In this document: positions 1 through 13,058 of the stretch, piece by piece
How positions within the stretch are numbered: position 1 is the first letter of the stretch
How the letters are laid out: every line of letters starts with the position of its first letter
Assembly: GCA_973895155.1 (NCBI GenBank)
Contig: OZ316892.1
Span: forward strand, 27,676,307-27,740,306
Source of the DNA: Marsupella aquatica
Taxonomy: Eukaryota > Plantae > Marchantiophyta
DNA: 64,000 nucleotides
Direction of reading: 5' to 3'
The notes under the pieces: generated by a model
Told to the model about the DNA's origin: nothing
Database searches by the model: none
Seen by the model: only the letters and a program-made list of their open reading frames with translations
Program-made: the position numbers and the translations under genes

Positions 1-1015
1 TACGCTGTCCGCATGTAATTTAGCTCCACCGCATGGTGAAGAAACATCGGTGGAATATCGTGCATCGGATTGATCTTTTCGTCATGTAGTATCACTCGTT
101 AATCCTGGTAACCCCTGAGGTTTTTCGAAAGAGTCGAACCCTCAAAGGATTTGGATCTTTACCTTGAAGATTTTAGGTTGGGTGAGGGGACAACCGAAAT
201 TTGTCAGCCAGGTAATCGAATTGACATCTAAAATCGATACAGATAATGGACAATCGCCTGTGGAGGCCAGCTGCACAGCGCAGCGTCCGCAATGCTTGGG
301 GATACATTCAAGGACAACAGTCTGCCTGGTCCACAGCTTCAAGTAATGCTCGTTCGGCAGCTACGAATCTCGTCAATGCATACCTCTCGGACAGGTACTC
401 CCTCTTTAGCAAGCCTTTCTGATTGCACTCCTCGCACTGCGGTCTTTACTCCTCTCGAAAGGCAATTCATGAGGAAAGTCGTAGAAGAGAACGATCATAC
501 CCTCAGTGCGATGAGGTTGTTTCAGTGAGCTTGAGTTTAATTTCCTTCTGGACTTTTTTTTGTCACTGCCTAGTTTCTCTTTAGCAGTAGTTTACTTAAT
601 CAATTCACTCGAACTTCTTTCATTTTCTTCCTACCGTTGCTTTGGCCATCTTGTATTTTCAATGCGATTGATTCCTTCCTACCTTCGCTCCTGTCCTTCA
701 CTCATTTGTGGGTTTGTACCCTCTGTCGCGTGTCCTAATTCAGGGATGTGGGGATTTTTTTCTATGCATCCTTTGATTGCTTTGATTCATTGCTAGCTGG
801 GCTGTGGATGTTGAGTTTTGTGATCCAGCAAGCCTCCAATAAATTCGTCCTTGAAGCAGAAGCACGTTGTTCTATGTTACTCTCTAGTTCTGTACTTCTG
901 CAGTGATGGAACTGGCAACCATAGTCAATCCTATTCCTTAAACCCTAAACCCCAGGCAAGAAGCAGCTTAATCTCCTCAAAACAACATCTGGTGCTTTGA
1001 AGTGATTTAGGTGCG

Positions 1016-3388
1016 ATGGATCTCGGAGTACTTGCGGACATGGAAGGCATCCGGGATAAGGCAAGAATCAAGTTGCGAGAATTGCAGGCAAGGCCTCGAT
1101 TGTTGTTTAAATTTGCTTCGCACTACCTAGGAAATGTTAAGAAATTTGATGGTTGTTTTCTCGAGAGGAGACAACAAACGGTTGCGAGTAATTTACGGGT
1201 GATTTGCATGCAGGAAAAGTACTTGCTTCAATACCTGAAAAGCTATGATGCTCTGGTGAGTCCCAGCCTCGAGTTTACCTTATACAAGTTTTATTTTGTA
1301 GCCTGGGTGAAATCATTCAAAGCCCATTTACAGTTTTGTTTTCATAAGCTGTCTAGCTCCTAGTCAGGGAATTCTTACTTGTACTCTAAGAAGGTTTATT
1401 CACAACTTTTCATCGTTGTTTGCAAGGTAGGAATGACAATGATTATGTAAAGGATGCAGATTTTCAATAATTACTATGCCCATAATATTGTGTATTGCAG
1501 GTGAATGCGGTGTTTGAAATGAGGAATCTATCTACATCGATGAGAACCTATGTGAAAGATTCTGACGGGGGACCTCTGATCGAATTCACTAAGAATCCCA
1601 CCATTCGTGGCGATACAGGAGATGGTGGTGGAGTGGGTGTCTTCGGGACTTTGCCTCTTTGCACATTTGGTAATTCTCTCGCAGCACGTGTATGTTTCTC
1701 TCTTTAGCGTCGCTCTTTAGCAGTGAGTCTACCATTTTACCATTTTTTGCGACAAAAAGTTCAGGTCCCCCCTGTACTGTCAAGTTTTGCCGTGCTATCA
1801 TGACTCTCACAGAGCTGCTCGACCTGTTTGATCTAGTGGTTTTGGATCAGTTCATATTATTTTGACACAATTGTCAAAAGGTTCGTCCTTCACCATAATG
1901 GCAAATGGACGCCAATCTCTACTAATGGTTATGATTCTGCATCTTAATTGAGTACGAATTATGGATCGTGATGTGGGCAGAGGTCTTGGCAAAGGAACTG
2001 GTGGGCATGTTTCAGAAGGAGCTGAGAGTTAAGGAAAGTAAATCTTTATCTGCCTATGTCCTTGTCATTCTCTTCATATAATTGGCTTTGGCTGGATCGT
2101 ATAGTTAGTACACTTCACATCTGCAGAAAGACCAATGATTCTATGGTGTGCAACAATGTTTCTAAAGTTTATAGCGCAAGATGCGGAGACCTCTCTATAC
2201 TTGGGGGATGTTAGGGACCCTGTACAGCTGCTGAATGTGTGCAGTGGCTTTTGGCGGCGGAGTTTTACAATCTGGTGAACAAGAGCACCGAAGCAGCGAA
2301 TTCGAAGGGGAAGTATGTTCATTTTAGGTATGTAGACCCTATCAAGTATGCACAGGAGGGTGAAGTAGACAACTGGGATGAACCTGCAGAAGCAAGGCCT
2401 GCAGCTCTTGACAGGGAACCTAAACCACCATCCCGAGAGATTTTGCAGGTATTTTCTACGTTATTTCCTGTGGTGAAATTTTATCTTTCATACAGCAGTT
2501 TGGGAATCGTGAAGGTTTCTGGATTCTCCTTCCTTGTGCGGGAGCATTCATCTTTAATTCTTGTCCCCTTTTACCAGATTTGGTGGTTTGGCCATGCAGG
2601 ATCATTTGGTACCCTGCTGTACAGCAAATCCTTTTGACACCCTGGGACTGAGATTTTGATGATCTATCAATTGTGCAGGTTTACTTGACAGCTCTCCTTG
2701 CCGAGGTACACATCAACAAGGATAGGTAGTGATGCATATTCTTGAGCCACTCACTTATGACATTTTTGGCTTATGTTTTGTTTGCAATTCAGTTTAGTTT
2801 TTCATCGCTGTTGGCTATTTGGAAGTCTCGCCTTTCACTGCATCCCTCGACGCGTCAAACTTTGGTGCTGCAATGCGATTTATATGTACTGAAGAAATAG
2901 CTCAACTTTTATATGTACTTCCGAATTGGCTAATCGGCTTTCTTATGTGCCTAAGGGTTTCTGAGATTTCAAGGCTTTGGAGTGACGAGATGACTGGCGG
3001 TATCGCTGGCAGTCCACAGCGCTAAATAGATGTCAGCTCTCTCTAAGAGGTATCTATCCTGACGATTTTGCAGGTCAGACGCGCTGAAGAAGTGTCTGAT
3101 TTGAAATTTACCCAATGGCCCCTCGATTATGTTGCAGATTAAGTCTTTTGAAGGTATCATTTGGATCATAATTCTGCCTGTTCAACATTTGAAACATTCT
3201 TTTATCGCTAAATTCATCTGAATGGCCTCCTACAATGCCTGGAGGACCCTTTTCCATCTCATCGTCTCTTCAGATGGGCCTTTCATGAAGATATGAAGAC
3301 AGGTGTCTTGCCTTGCATGAGCATCATGGAGATGCACACAAGCAATTCACCACTCCTTACCAGAGAAGGGGAGTCGAGGCAGAACAGG
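1016..3388 (+). CDS. Putative multi-exon hypothetical gene, product unknown, possibly decayed or TE-associated
   Basis: Exon-like blocks bounded by canonical splice sites, e.g. 1501-1669 (ttgcag|GTGAAT...TTTG|gtaatt) and 2245-2448 (gtgcag|TGGCTT...TTGCAG|gtattt), plus further AG/GT-bounded pieces to about 3388. No domain recognised and the full model is not resolved. Confidence 0.4.
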
Positions 3389-4724
3389 TAAGTTTAAGCT
3401 CAGGAAACCAAATGGCTTGCTAGAGGGACAGATTTGCAAGTCTGGATCGCCTCGAAAATTGAGAACAACTTGTGAATGCAACGAACCTGCAGTTCTGTTG
3501 AATATTGATGGAGCTGAATTATCGTGCTACTACAAAGTTTTGTATAACTGAGGATGATATGTCGTTGTGATTTTCATGCAGATGACAGAAACCTGCCTTC
3601 AATCTGCTTCTAATATTTCATGAGACAAGGATTGGGAGGCAGTTTATACCTGGGCGTATGCTCTCTACTCTAAGATTAGTTGTAAAGGAACTGCAACAGC
3701 ACAAAAGTCTTTTTCACAGAACGTTCCTGAAATAAAATCAGATACTTTTCTCTGAAAGTCACGATTCAAAATTATTCCATTTCTAGCTCTTTGTATATTT
3801 ACGAGTAACATTATGGTCATTACAGTTGTGTGGACAAATGGTGAAAGAAAGAAGTGTCATGTTTAGCATGAATTAAATGTTGTGTATACAGCAGGGAGGT
3901 GCAATCTGACCTTCAAACAAAAGCAATCAAGGGATATGACATCTGCTCCTCATTTCATATGCCTCAGTTTGCAAACTGAAAATGCATCCAACAACAAAAA
4001 CTGTCCTCGTTGAGATATCTGGTATTCCGAAAGTTGTCACGGGGCTTTCTTCTTATTCTACGGCCCCAGCAAAATACAAAATGATGACAGTCTACACCTG
4101 TGAGAAATTGATGTAATCTGTCCCAAATATTCCGAAGATAATCAATCTGAAGAGTAAATAAATGTGGCGTTTGGAACCACATATATGATTCTACGGCTGT
4201 GCAATTGATAGCTTTATGAAATGACACGATATAAACTGGTTACACACGAACAGCCTTGGAGAATAAGAAAAAGTCAATACTTGTGCTCAAAGGTAATCAC
4301 CAAGGATTTCAGGTGGAATGCAGAAGCTTTCAAGTCATGATTGATTCACTACAACCCCAACCAGATAGTCATTATAGTCCATAAATATGGTCCATGAAAA
4401 CTTAGCTACATGACTTTCCGGGAAGGAGATTATGCAAATGAGAGAGACCTCCACAGATGGTTACGTGTGGGTAAATTTTATTATGTACCAAATTTACTAG
4501 GTCCATCAAATAACACTTGTTTTTCTTTGTCTTGAAAGCCACAAATAGACCCATAAAACAGAGTGTAGATGTTCTACTTTGAAGTATGCACCACTGTAAG
4601 ATAGCTCACAAGGGGGAACAATACCCAGGGATGCAACACAGACCCATACCAGGAGGAGAGAGGGTGGACAGGCCCACAAACAGCAAGCCAGGGTCGAAGA
4701 GAAACCAATACTCCCACCACTACA

Positions 4725-5065
4725 TCCCATGCACACAAACACACACACCCTCCACATCCCTTGTGTTTGAAGGGGGCATTGAAACTGGTACTTCTTGGTT
4801 CTAGGCTAATACCAGGTTCAATGCCCCCTCCACACACAAGTTAGGGCCCCATGTTTAACACAGGTCAAGGAGAGAAAAAAACTCAAATATATCTTCCCAT
4901 GCACACAAACACACACACACCCTCCACATCCCTTGTGTTTGAAGGGGGCATTGAAACTGGTACTTCTTGGTTCTAGGCTAATACCAGGTTCAATGCCCCC
5001 TCCACACACAGTTAGGGCCCCATGTTTAACACAGGTCAAGGAGAGAAAAAACTCAAATATATCTC
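4725..5065. repeat. Direct tandem duplication of a ~170-bp unit, each copy containing a strong hairpin
   Basis: Near-identical units start at 4725 and 4895. Inverted arms AGGGGGCATTGAA(A)CTGGTA / TACCAG(G)TTCAATGCCCCCT lie at 4771-4829 and 4943-5001. Confidence 0.9.
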
Positions 5066-5194
5066 CCCATGTTTGACAGGAGAGAAAAAAATCAAACATA
5101 TCTCCCCATGTTTGACAGGAGAGAAAAAAATCAAACATATCTCCCCATGTTTGACAGGAGAGAAAAAAATCAAATATATCTCCCCATGTTTGAC
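5065..5194. repeat. 39-bp minisatellite (~3.3 copies)
   Basis: Unit CCCCATGTTTGACAGGAGAGAAAAAAATCAAACATATCT repeated; it explains the repetitive ORFs at 4818-5284. Confidence 0.9.
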
Positions 5195-6719
5195 ACAGTT
5201 CAAGGGGAAAAAATGCTGAGAACAGTAGAGTGTACCCAAAGTTTTGTTGAGCCTATCCTCTCCTAAATAAAGAAGTTGAACCATTAGGGCGTCCCAACCT
5301 TACTGGCACCAGTACATTCCTGGTGTGGACCGCCCAATTCAGGTTTAGGTAACTGCACATCAATATATGATTTATATGATATATCACGCCATACCATGAC
5401 AAATCTCATTATTTTCTTTAAATCAATGAGCACACCATATAGTATCTCACATCTTGATAAGATCAAGTAGCGGCCACCAAAGATTTGGCCATCTGCAGTT
5501 TTACACCTGGTTTTTTAGTGACTGGCTTTGTCACTATCCCTTGCTCTGGCTAGGTTCGAGGCAAAGTGCAGATTCCCGTTTTGGGGTACCTGGTTGTTTA
5601 CTTCCGGTGTTCATCTTTGGGTGGCGGCCGGAGATATCCAGATGACCGGAAGGGCCCCGGAAAAGTATAGGGTTGAGACACCCTATTCCTCCGCCAACAA
5701 AAGCTGTTGGGAGTGCAAAGATCAGTCCCGGCGGTGTGGGACCGGCGATGAGGGGAGCCTTCCCGGCATGGTACGAGAGCCGTGCCACAGTCCAGTACTC
5801 CGGGCCCTGGACTGTACTCTACTCCACTGTACTGTACGCTGTCGGGAATAATCTATGTACGTTAACGTACGGAACGGTACGAAGTTTTTCCCCCGAAGTG
5901 TTGGAAAAAGACAGCGTTTCTGCGCCACATCTCCCGCGGAATGGGACTGTCGTTATCGTGCTGCCAGTTGCCGCGCGGCGCTGGCGCAAAGCTCTGACTG
6001 GCCCTTTCCTTTGTCTTCCTGCTTCGTCGGCCTAGACTGACCCCTCGAGGCCTCGACCCTCGTGGCCCCACCCGAGGGGGCTGGCCCGGCCCTCTGGTAG
6101 GGTTGGGGGTTGGGGTGGGCGTGTCTGTGGGCTAAATTAAGTGAAGTTCGGCCAACGATTTCTCCGCCCTGTCACGCCGTCGCCGTCGTCCATATCCGAC
6201 CACCCATCCTAGAGTGCTCAGGGTAAAATTTATCGAATACTACCGTAGTCTAATTACTCGTTTAATGAACGTACATAAAAATAAAATTTCTCAATATTAG
6301 TCTGATTAGCCCTTCAATGAAAGTAAATAGAGATGTGAAAACCAGAAAATATATTGCAAAAAAAAAATTAAAAAATTCTGTGTTATCTCGCGTTCATGTT
6401 TGGCCCATCCCGTGTTTTTTGTTCCCCCTCACTTTGTCCAATTTTGTTCTTATTTAGAGTTATTGTTTAGATATTTCGCTCTGACTAGACCCTAGACCTT
6501 AAAAGTAGCTTATGTTTATGATATAATAGTAAGAGTTTTTAAGTACATTATCACTATAGACGTTCAAATTTCCAACTCGGTCCAGCCACCTATCCTAGAG
6601 TGGGCAGGGTAGTTATTATAGAATAGTTTTTAAATACATTATCTGTAAAGATGCTCAAATTTACAGTTCTGTCACTTGTTTTTATTGTCAACTTTACACA
6701 TTTTGTATATGGTTTCACT

Positions 6720-9700
6720 AAGTATATACACATACTTTTTACAGAAAAAAGCCAAATAGAGTACAAAAGAATAAACAAGAGAGGTCCCAAATGGACAAAA
6801 CCAAACGCAAAAGAAGTGAGCAAAAGGAAACCCTAAAAACCAAGAAAGAGGAACTAAAAGAAGTGAGCAAAAGGAAACCCCTAAAAACCAAGAAAGAAGA
6901 ACTAAAACTACCGCAAATGGACCGAGGTCCTCATCATACCTAGCAAATGTGGCAACAAGCTAGTGGTCTACATCAAGTGTCGAAACTAGATCGGCAAGTG
7001 GGACAGGAATGTCCTCTAGGGGGGCTAGCCGCTGCGGAGGTCACACTAGCACCCACTGTCAGAGACCGACGATAGACGGCCCGAGCTTGAGCATGCTGTA
7101 AGGTGACTGAAATGCGTTGGCGAAAGTGCATGGTCAAAACAGATAGCGGGGGCCCGGTGGGACCCATCCGGCCGTGAACATCCCAAGCAGCTTGGCGAAG
7201 AAGCCCGTCAAACTGATGATGGAGACGCCCAAATATCTCAAGAGCAAGGGGCAGGGAGCTATCAGATGAAGCTCGTGCAGCATATTTGGCCTCCTTCGTT
7301 GCTGCTGCTCGTGATGCTGTTGCCCCTACCGTTGTTGCCGCTGTCCCAATGATGTCTTGGCGTAATGGGTTTGCCACCACTACATCTGCCAAAGTACGAT
7401 GACCTTCACCGACCATGGTAAGATCCACCCGTAACCGCTGTGATGGAGGACCAGGTAACTCGAGCACCACCTCCCGCCGCGCGCAGACCAAAGAGCCAGA
7501 GAGAACCTGAGCAGTCGCATCTCTCACAACGTCGTGAACAAAAATGGTTTTGCCGCCCAAACTGCATCGAAGAAGATGGACACCTGTGGCATCACAAGGC
7601 TTCCCACAAGTGCAAGTAGGAGGTAAACCAGCAAGAAGTGGGTGGGGCAAGCCCAGACGAAGACGCATGGCTGTTGCAAACTCCGCTGAAGACATCCGTA
7701 GGTGAGGAATGACTGGATTGGCCTGAAGCCAGCCTCCTGCGCCCTTCCCTCTGGAAGAAAGAATTCAAGCTCGGTCCGTGTCAGGTGCCTCGGTGAGGAT
7801 GCTGGAGAGGGTGAAAGCGTGCATACACCCAATAAGGTCTGCCTGAAGATGGACGGGGTCCACTTAGGATAAAAACTCCTGGAATGAAGGTAACGCAGCT
7901 TGAATAGGATCGAGTAATGATGACCGCGTCGTGCGCAAATGAACCTGAAATGGGAGGGAACCCTCCTCGACCTCCATGAGAGACGAAAGTAAAAAAGGTC
8001 GATCCTCAGTAAGGAAACGATTTGCCAACAATGAGAAGGCGACCATCCAGGCGCCCAAGAAGGCCAAAGGTGCAAGGCGCTCAGTGGAAGTAAGCCCAAA
8101 ACCACCGTGAGAAATAGGAAGACTGAGCTGTCGATGAAGCCACGGAGATGAGAGCAAAGTACCTGGCCCTAAAAGAGAGGCCAAAGTCTCACGAATGGAG
8201 ACATCAAACGCTCGGAGGTGTAGATAAAGATCCTCGGTAGGGGGATGTGTCCGAGCCAAATAGGATGCACGAGGGTGGATGCATCTCAACAACAACCCAA
8301 ATGTTGCCTGAGAGTCTGCTAACTTAGGGAGCATAGGAGTAGGGGCTAAGGCAGACTGGAGAGCGTCAGCTATGAAAGATGAGCAAAAGGAGGCGGTACC
8401 AACTGGGGAGCCAAGGACCCGAAGACCATCGGCTGGACGTAAGAACCCATGGGGAAATGCAAGATCAGAGGGTAACCCAGCTGGACTCCATGCACGACTC
8501 TTCACCGGCTGAACCCGTAAACCAAGGCCCAACAAATGGGTGGAAAGGGTGGCGAGGGCAGAAGTAACAGCAACAGGTGGACCAATTATGTGGGTGTCAT
8601 CTGAAAGGGAGGGGAAGATACACTGGGGATGGGCCGCGGAGGCTTCCCATAAAGCAGTAAAATGGGCAAATGAATGGCAAAAAGAGGCCCACCCAAAGGG
8701 TCACCCTGACGTGTACCTTCTGCAGAAGAAAGAGTGGTATACACTCCTGTAGAGGTGTGATGACTATAGAAGAGGGGGGCCTCAAACCCATAAAAACAAC
8801 GGACAAAGGGGATAAGGGACTGGATGTCTGGATCCGCTGCCCTCAAAGCACAAAAAATTGCTGCCCGAGAAACCGTATTGAAAGCATTGGAGATATCAAC
8901 CTGGAGGACAACCCAATCAGGGTGGAGGTCCAAGGTAGTACGAATACCCGCAATAACTGTCTCACAACCGCCAGGAACGCCCACTGCAAACTGACGTGGA
9001 GAGAGATGATCTGATAGTGCAGAGCGATACTGCGATGAAAGTGTGCGAGACACCAGACAAAGAAAAAACTCTCCAATAGCTATGGGCCAAACACCCGGTG
9101 AAGACTTAGCCATGGCCAATAAACTAGAAGCACTCAAAAGCCGAGAGACTGGAGGAGGCAAACGTCCGGCAGCAATACACTGGCAAAAGGAGAAGAAAAC
9201 TGGAAAACCAGACTGAGGATCCTCAGGGGGGAATAAATCACAAAAATGCTCAAAGACATAGCTAGAGGGGCCACCAGCCGCGCAACGCAGAGCATGGAGG
9301 AAAGCAAAGGTGAAGTGGTCCCTACTAAACTGAAGATCCTCCTCAGGCTCAAAATCCTCCACGAACAAATGGAGCTGATCATAGGGCTGCGGATGGAGAT
9401 CTTGAAGGGCCGTCAAGGTGACCTCGCCAGGGGGGCTGGTGTGGTGGGAGAAAGGGCCTGGACCGCAAGACGATATTCACCAGCCTGGGCTAAACGACAA
9501 GAGTGACGAAGGTGTCTATGCTCTGGAGGATGAGAGTGACGAGCTGGGTCAGACAAACCACGGGTAGTAAAGGAACGGGCTCGAAGAAAGTACTTTTCCT
9601 TAAGCTGTTCCCAATCTCCCCGCAGAAAACAATGGATACGAGAGGCAGTCTCACGGTGACCCACGCGACCACCGTGACTAGGGAGGGTAAGAGTCCACTG

Positions 9701-10401
9701 TGGAAAAAGCATGAGTAAAGACCAATAGGAGACCTCAATAGGATGCGCCAACATAAGTTGCATGAGTTGCAACAAGGATGACCAAACTAATGGGCGCAAC
9801 GCAAGTGGGATGTGGTTATAAAGGCGAGGTCTAATGTACCCTGGATGCTAGGCTGGAAGGGGGTCTAGAGAGCGAACCCAACTCCATGCCTGCTCGGAAG
9901 CCTCCAAGGAAGGAGGGGCAGAGCTAACTGGGTCAAGAGGGGGCTGGGGCTGGGATTGTGCTTGCTGGCGACGTTGGCACCGGCCCTGCCCGTGGTGATG
10001 AGGAAGGGAGAGGCCAACCCAGCCACACTCAGGACAAGTATGCAGGGGACACTCGTCTGGGGAGGGAGCAGGGAACGACTGGACAGGAGGTGGGGGGGAA
10101 CCAACGTGGATGAAGAGGCCGGAGGGGGATGCTGGAGGGGTGGAGGGGGTATGGGGTGGGGAGAGGAGCCAGGGCATCGATGGGGTGGGCAGTAGACTGG
10201 GGGGACTGGCAGAGCATCGGGCATGATTGGGGTCATCACGAAGATGAGAGAGATCCAATGAAGAAGAGCAAACACGAAGGCGACCACGAGGCGGGGGGGA
10301 GGAGGGGGGAGAACTGTGTGGGGGACTGGGCACTTGCCCCGCGCCAACACTCTCAACGTAGACATGACAGGGAGCAACCCGATAAAAGCAAAAGCGCATC
10401 A
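6720..10401 (-). mobile_element. Non-LTR retrotransposon with C-terminal restriction-like endonuclease (CRE-type), frameshifted
   Basis: RT motifs WPIAIGE, QFAVG, VDISNAFN and GTRQGDPLGGPLF in 8586-9416, with SLSDDTH following in another frame. Thumb region GLRVLGSPVG and GGFGL. C-terminal CxC..D..G.HLLRC, HD, VDL and DVVV RLE motifs in 6973-7695. Pro-rich N-terminus with CPEC..H. Candidate 11-bp TSD ATGGTTTCACT at 6709-6719 and 10402-10412. Confidence 0.88.
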
Positions 10402-12586
10402 ATGGTTTCACTGGTTATGTTAGTGAACTTTTGGTCCATAAACCATAAGTTACAAAATAAACACAACAAATAGTGTGACAATTTAAAAATCATTTAGAAA
10501 TCTTCAGAGGCAGAGAAAGTTGTTCTCAAGAATTTTAAAATTGTTAGTGTGTGACTAAAAGTGAGTGTCGAAACTTCAAAGTTACAGACTAACAAATGGT
10601 CAAAGCTTTTTCAAATTCTTTCTGTTTTCATTAGCTTCTGTAGTGAATTATTGTTGTGATGTGTCACTAATCTTTTCAGATTATGGATTTGATATTCCAC
10701 ACATTTTTTGGTCCGTACTGTCATGGCATATCACTATATATATCTTTGGGCTTATATGGTATTTTGTAACTTCTTTCAGTCCATATTGTAAACTGCTTAA
10801 AAAAAAATTCTCCAACAGGACTAACCCCCCCCCCCCCCCTACAAAAAATGTAAAAATTTGGAAGAATTAAGCCCCCAACAACGAGCAATGGGGAAAAAAC
10901 CACCCATGCAAGCCAACCAAAAGCACAAAGCATGCAGCACCAGAAAGAACCACAACACCCACCCCAAAGACGCCACTGTGAAACCCTAATCAGGCCATGG
11001 GTGCCAAAAGATCCACCAGAGTTAACAATGTTAACTTCATAATTAAGGTCGGACATCAATTTTTGAGATTTGAGATGCCCTAATGATGCCTTGTGTGTGC
11101 AATGACATACTAATAATCATGAACATGTAAATTTCTTTGATTTATTTCTCATTGTTATTGAGTAAAATGACCATTATCATAAGATAGCATGAACATAACA
11201 ACATCCACCAAATACACAAGAAATAGACACAAGAGATGTAAAATTCATTTCACTAGAGGCTACGGCCAAAGGAACACACAAAAGAGTTTTACTGAACTTT
11301 AGCCCCTTGACCATAGGGTCTTCATATATTAAACTTTTCTTGTCTCCTAATTGGCTCCATAATAATGAGTCTAAGTTCGGTTCCACTACTAAGTGTTGCT
11401 AGTGTCACTAGTAGTTGCATATCTAACCATAACCAAGCACCTAACTACGACTCAACTAACTTTGGTGATAAATTAACTCTAGACCGTAGAGGAAATACCT
11501 TCAATTTCGGCTCTTAATGGGAAAATTCACTAGAATAAATTTGGTCGAGAACTCAAAAAAATCACTTTCGTCCATCCATGTGCCAAAAATAAAAGGAAAA
11601 ATCTGACTCCATTTCTTGAGACAAGGTGTTTACTATTTCGTGTTTGTAGCTCACCTATCTGAGTTATCAAATATTTTCAGATTTAAAGAGGACCATCAGA
11701 TCATGCTTAACCCCATTAAAAAACCCCATGCAAAATAAAGGCTCTTTCTTCAAATCAATTTATCTGAAAGTGAGACATGATTTTTTTCAGGTGGAAGACA
11801 CCCTGGTCCTACGCTAGTCATCCGCCCCCACGGATTGGGAGCGATTGGGCAGAGCAAGGGTTGGTAAGATTTTCTCCCTTTTGCAGCAGGGGTTAGATCC
11901 ACATCATTATCAACGATCTGACGGTCGGAGGGATTGCCTGAGTGATGGGTGGACATCTTGGCCGTAGATCCTGAATTTTGGGTGGGTGATTGATATCCAT
12001 CATGCACGTGGTTTCATGAAGCAGGAGGGCTATTATTATTTTTAAAATGGACAAACCGTCCATGGAAGATGGAGGCATCTGATCAACAGGCCCATCATCA
12101 TGCCCACTTTGGAGGGAATCTCATCATTTTCTATTGCAGATTGGAAACAATAATGAAGGGTTGTACGAAAAGGAAAACTTAACAATGAGAAATATGTTCA
12201 ATGGACACACCCCTCATTGAACACACCCCTTGGAGACCTCTCAATGGACCAAAACGTTGAAGTTCTCTTCCAATCTCGCTTCCAATGAACCTCCAAGCCC
12301 ACCCATAATATTTTGTGAAAAACTCTTGTATGGTAATTTTCAGTCCTTTTAAAACCTTTGATTGGCTACCTTTGAGTGTCTAACTGCCTCACCAAACATG
12401 GTCGACAATGACTCAAAATACGTCATTGGCCTTGCAATCCTAATAAGAAATGGTCATTTGTTATTAGACTTTGTATACAATGATGACAAGAAAATACTTA
12501 ACAGGACCCCTTTGGCATCTCTTGGACTTAACCAGACCCTTATGAGTAAGATACCATGAAGACCTGGGCGACATAGGAGTCTCAAG

Positions 12587-12729
12587 GGTCTTGTTAAGTC
12601 TTTATGGCATCTTGCTGGACTGTTAAATCCAGGAGATGCCAGAGGGGTCCTGTTAAGGTCTTGTTAAGTCTTTATGGCATCTTGCTGGACTGTTAAATCT
12701 AGAAGATGCCAGAGGGGTCCCTTAAGTCT
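12587..12729. repeat. 70-bp tandem duplication with a partial inverted copy at about 12499-12565
   Basis: GGTCTTGTTAAGTCTTTATGGCATCTTGCTGGACTGTTAAATC...GATGCCAGAGGGGTCC occurs twice. The upstream TAACAGGACCCCTTTGGCATCTC is its reverse complement. Confidence 0.8.
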
Positions 12730-12832
12730 TTTCTTGCAATGACTACAATATTTCCAGATGGTTAGAGGAGTGATAAGAACTCCTGTCAAACCTGATCTGC
12801 AGGGTGTAAAATTGGATATGTGAATATAATGA

Positions 12833-13058
12833 AGTGAACTGAAGAAATTATGCACAATGTATTGATTATGCTAAATAAGGCATGGTTCTGTTCATTTGGG
12901 CAGACTTTAGTGAACTGAAGAAATCATGCACAATGTACTGATTCTGCTAATTAAGGCATGGTATTGTTCATGTGAGCAGACTTAGTGAACTGAAGAAATC
13001 ATGCACAATGTTTTGATTCTGCTAAATAAGACATGGTTCTGTTCATTTGCGCAGACTT
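12833..13058. repeat. ~75-bp tandem repeat x3
   Basis: Unit AGTGAACTGAAGAAAT(T/C)ATGCACAATGT...GTTCAT...GCAGACTT starts at about 12833, 12909 and 12984. Confidence 0.9.

Noticed and set aside
4818-5284. Repetitive ORFs (also 32505-32874 and 41431-41619)
   Set aside because: They are translations of minisatellites or microsatellites whose unit lacks stops.
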